A stretch of 64,000 nt of DNA from the NCBI GenBank assembly GCA_000002445.1, contig CP000066.1, positions 1,024,001 through 1,088,000 on the forward strand, read 5' to 3'. The translations under genes and the position numbers were made by a program. The notes beneath the pieces were generated by a model, which saw only the letters and a program-made list of their open reading frames with translations, was not told where the DNA came from and made no database searches. Positions 62,020 to 64,000 of this stretch are shown here, piece by piece. Origin of the DNA: Trypanosoma brucei. Its lineage: Eukaryota. Each line of letters starts with the position of its first letter. The stretch's first letter is position 1.

Positions 62020-64000
62020 GTTTGTTTTAATTCACAAACACGGCAAAGGCAGTTTCAAGGAAAACTCAATCTGAATTTTGTTTGGTTATCATCATTTTCA
62101 TCATGAGATGCGAAGCGTTTTATGCGTGTAAATACCTTCAGTTTGTTTTTTCTTTTACGTTAGTAAAGTCCAGCGAGGAAAAAATAATAATAATTCATAA
62201 GCGGAAAGTATGTACACATATATATATATATATATTTATATACGTGTGTGCGCTTTTGTGTATGTCTACGCGTTGGAGGCGTAGTTTTTTTTTCCTTCTT
62301 TAATGATTTTGTTCTTAGTATTTTGTGTCTGGATGTGTGCTTGTGGTGCATACCGTGACAGTTTCTTTTCCAACCTCCCTTTTCTCTCTGCGTGTCTGCG
62401 TGTGCGTGCTTGTCTTACTGGTGGTGACGAGTTTTGGGTGAGGATAGAGGGACAAAAGGAATGTTTGATGGATTTGTGGGGTTTCAGCTTTCTTCTTTAC
62501 TTGTTTTTTTTTCTTTTCTTCGTTTTTTATTCATTCTATTCCTTTAGTTCATCCATGTCCTCTACTCGTCTCTCCCACAGTTTTCTTCCGCAATGTTTGT
62601 AATCCTTCGCACCTCCCTCTCTTCGAGGCCCACCCCAGTCTCTATCGCATACTTTTTCCCGCTGGTTATCTTAGTTCCCTTTTCTCTCTTTCTTTCTTTC
62701 TTTCTTTTTTTCCCTCCTCCTCCCTCTTCCCTCTCTTTCCTGTCCCTTTCTCTTTTTCTTTTTAGTTTTTTTTATTTTTCGTTTCGTGGTGTCAATGCCG
62801 GTGGTGCAGCTGAGGATTGAGAGGCCCCGGTAGCGCTTGCGGGAGGTGGGATTTCTCTCGTGTGGTGGCGACCCAACATATATATTTATATATACAAAAA
62901 TAAGCTGAGAGGAGGGACACACACGCAAAAAAAAAGATGAAAGATAAAGTGGGGGATTTTACAGATAGCGGAGGAAATGAGTGGGGTGCAATGGTTGGAA
63001 GGGAGAGGGGGGGGGGCGGGGGGAGCGGAGTTGCTTTTCGTAGTACAGTTGTGATTACTTCTGTTGTTATTTCCCTGCCGCTTACTCGCTGGGTATTTTG
63101 ACCATTTTTCTTCTATTGTTTTACCTTTTTTTTTTCATTCTCCTTCCTCGTTTACCGTTTTGTTTCGTTCGTTTCTCCCCCATGTTTTCTGTGTGACTGG
63201 TATCAGTAGTGTTAAATGTTCTTTTTTTTTTCTTTTTGAAATATTGGTTACTGCAGTGACCATCCAAAACGGAGTTATTAGGGAAATCGAGAATAATGGG
63301 GAAGTAGAGGAAAATGACCAGAAAATGGACACAGACACGTACACACGTACACACAGACACATATACATAAATACCTTAAATATAGGTGGTGTGGAAGAAA
63401 ATGAGTGTGAGAAGGAGGAATAGTGAGGTTGTGGGACACGATGGGGATATGGTAGTGAATGGAGAGGTAATGTTTGCGTGGAGGTTGTGAGAGAGGTTAA
63501 AAAGTTTTGGACGTAAGATTGAAGTGGGATAAGTGGCATTTGGTCCATCAGTGGGTGATGGTCACCTTCTTACAACATTGTCACACACAGGTGCTTCTGG
63601 TTATACATGCACACATATATATATGTGTGTGTATGTGGTTGTTTTTGGGTGTTATGCACTTTCGCACTTGTATGTTCTTTGCCTTTATTAAGCATTTTTT
63701 ACTTGTCTATTTTCTTCCGCTACCCTCAGGAGGGAACTATTTAATTAGACTGACGGTTGAGGCGCATCAACCCCTTGCACGCTGGCCGCAGGATTTCGTG
63801 TACCATAGCCCACTTTTTTCCTCCTTTCTTTCCTCTCATCCTGATATGTATTCTCATGCTAGTCCTTCCCGCGACTTCGCTTTCTTTTCCCATCTGGAGC
63901 ACCATGCTCAACCCACCCGTTGCATGTGCATTACCATATTCCCACGCTGTATCAAACTATTGCCCACCTCTCCGTCCCTTTCTTTTTGCTTTCCCCCCAC

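Noticed and set aside
1-64000. Search for tRNA genes (T-loop GGTTCGAATCC-like boxes), rRNA or snoRNA, CRISPR arrays, and prokaryotic operon or defence-system organisation
   Set aside because: No tRNA-like B-box or T-loop consensus was found by eye; the few ttcgaa occurrences are inside coding sequence. Gene structure is eukaryotic and kinetoplastid-like, with long spacers, polypyrimidine/AG acceptors and no Shine-Dalgarno logic. CRISPR and bacterial defence islands are therefore not applicable. snoRNAs cannot be excluded without a covariance-model scan.
1-64000. Retroelements (ingi/RIME/SLACS-like) or subtelomeric VSG/ESAG-type sequences
   Set aside because: There is no long ORF with reverse-transcriptase or endonuclease motifs and no 70-bp-type or telomeric repeats. 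Gene content is housekeeping and chromosome-internal.

Overview
The window is nuclear DNA from a kinetoplastid, and gene content fits Trypanosoma brucei: it carries a tandem pair of tryparedoxin genes whose product matches the T. brucei tryparedoxin sequence as I remember it. All ~25 credible protein-coding genes lie on the + strand, without introns, as one polycistronic transcription unit. Intergenic spacers are 0.3-2.4 kb and contain polypyrimidine tracts followed by AG (candidate trans-splice acceptors), purine-rich stretches and (TA)n microsatellites. The supplied ORF track evidently accepts TTG/GTG/CTG starts, so several starts were moved to the first in-frame ATG. Genes I can support:
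- a two-RRM RNA-binding protein with an RGG N-terminus
- a radial-spoke-head-family protein
- an aprataxin-like HIT/zinc-finger protein
- a Bet1-like tail-anchored SNARE
- a full-length ABCA-type ABC transporter
- a C2H2/zinc-knuckle protein
- two near-identical tandem copies of a tryparedoxin + 286-aa-protein unit (period 3119 bp)
- a ~1000-aa nucleoredoxin-like protein with three redox-dead tryparedoxin folds, directly downstream of that pair
- a Yju2/CWC16-like splicing factor
- a Sec16-like ~1390-aa proline/serine-rich protein
- two tandem paralogous polytopic membrane proteins with C-terminal class-3 lipase domains, showing mosaic gene-conversion tracts
- a CBP3/UQCC1-like protein
- a carnitine O-acetyltransferase
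No CRISPR array, prokaryotic defence system, tRNA or rRNA gene, or recognisable retroelement was found. All minus-strand ORFs overlap + strand genes or low-complexity spacers and are treated as spurious.
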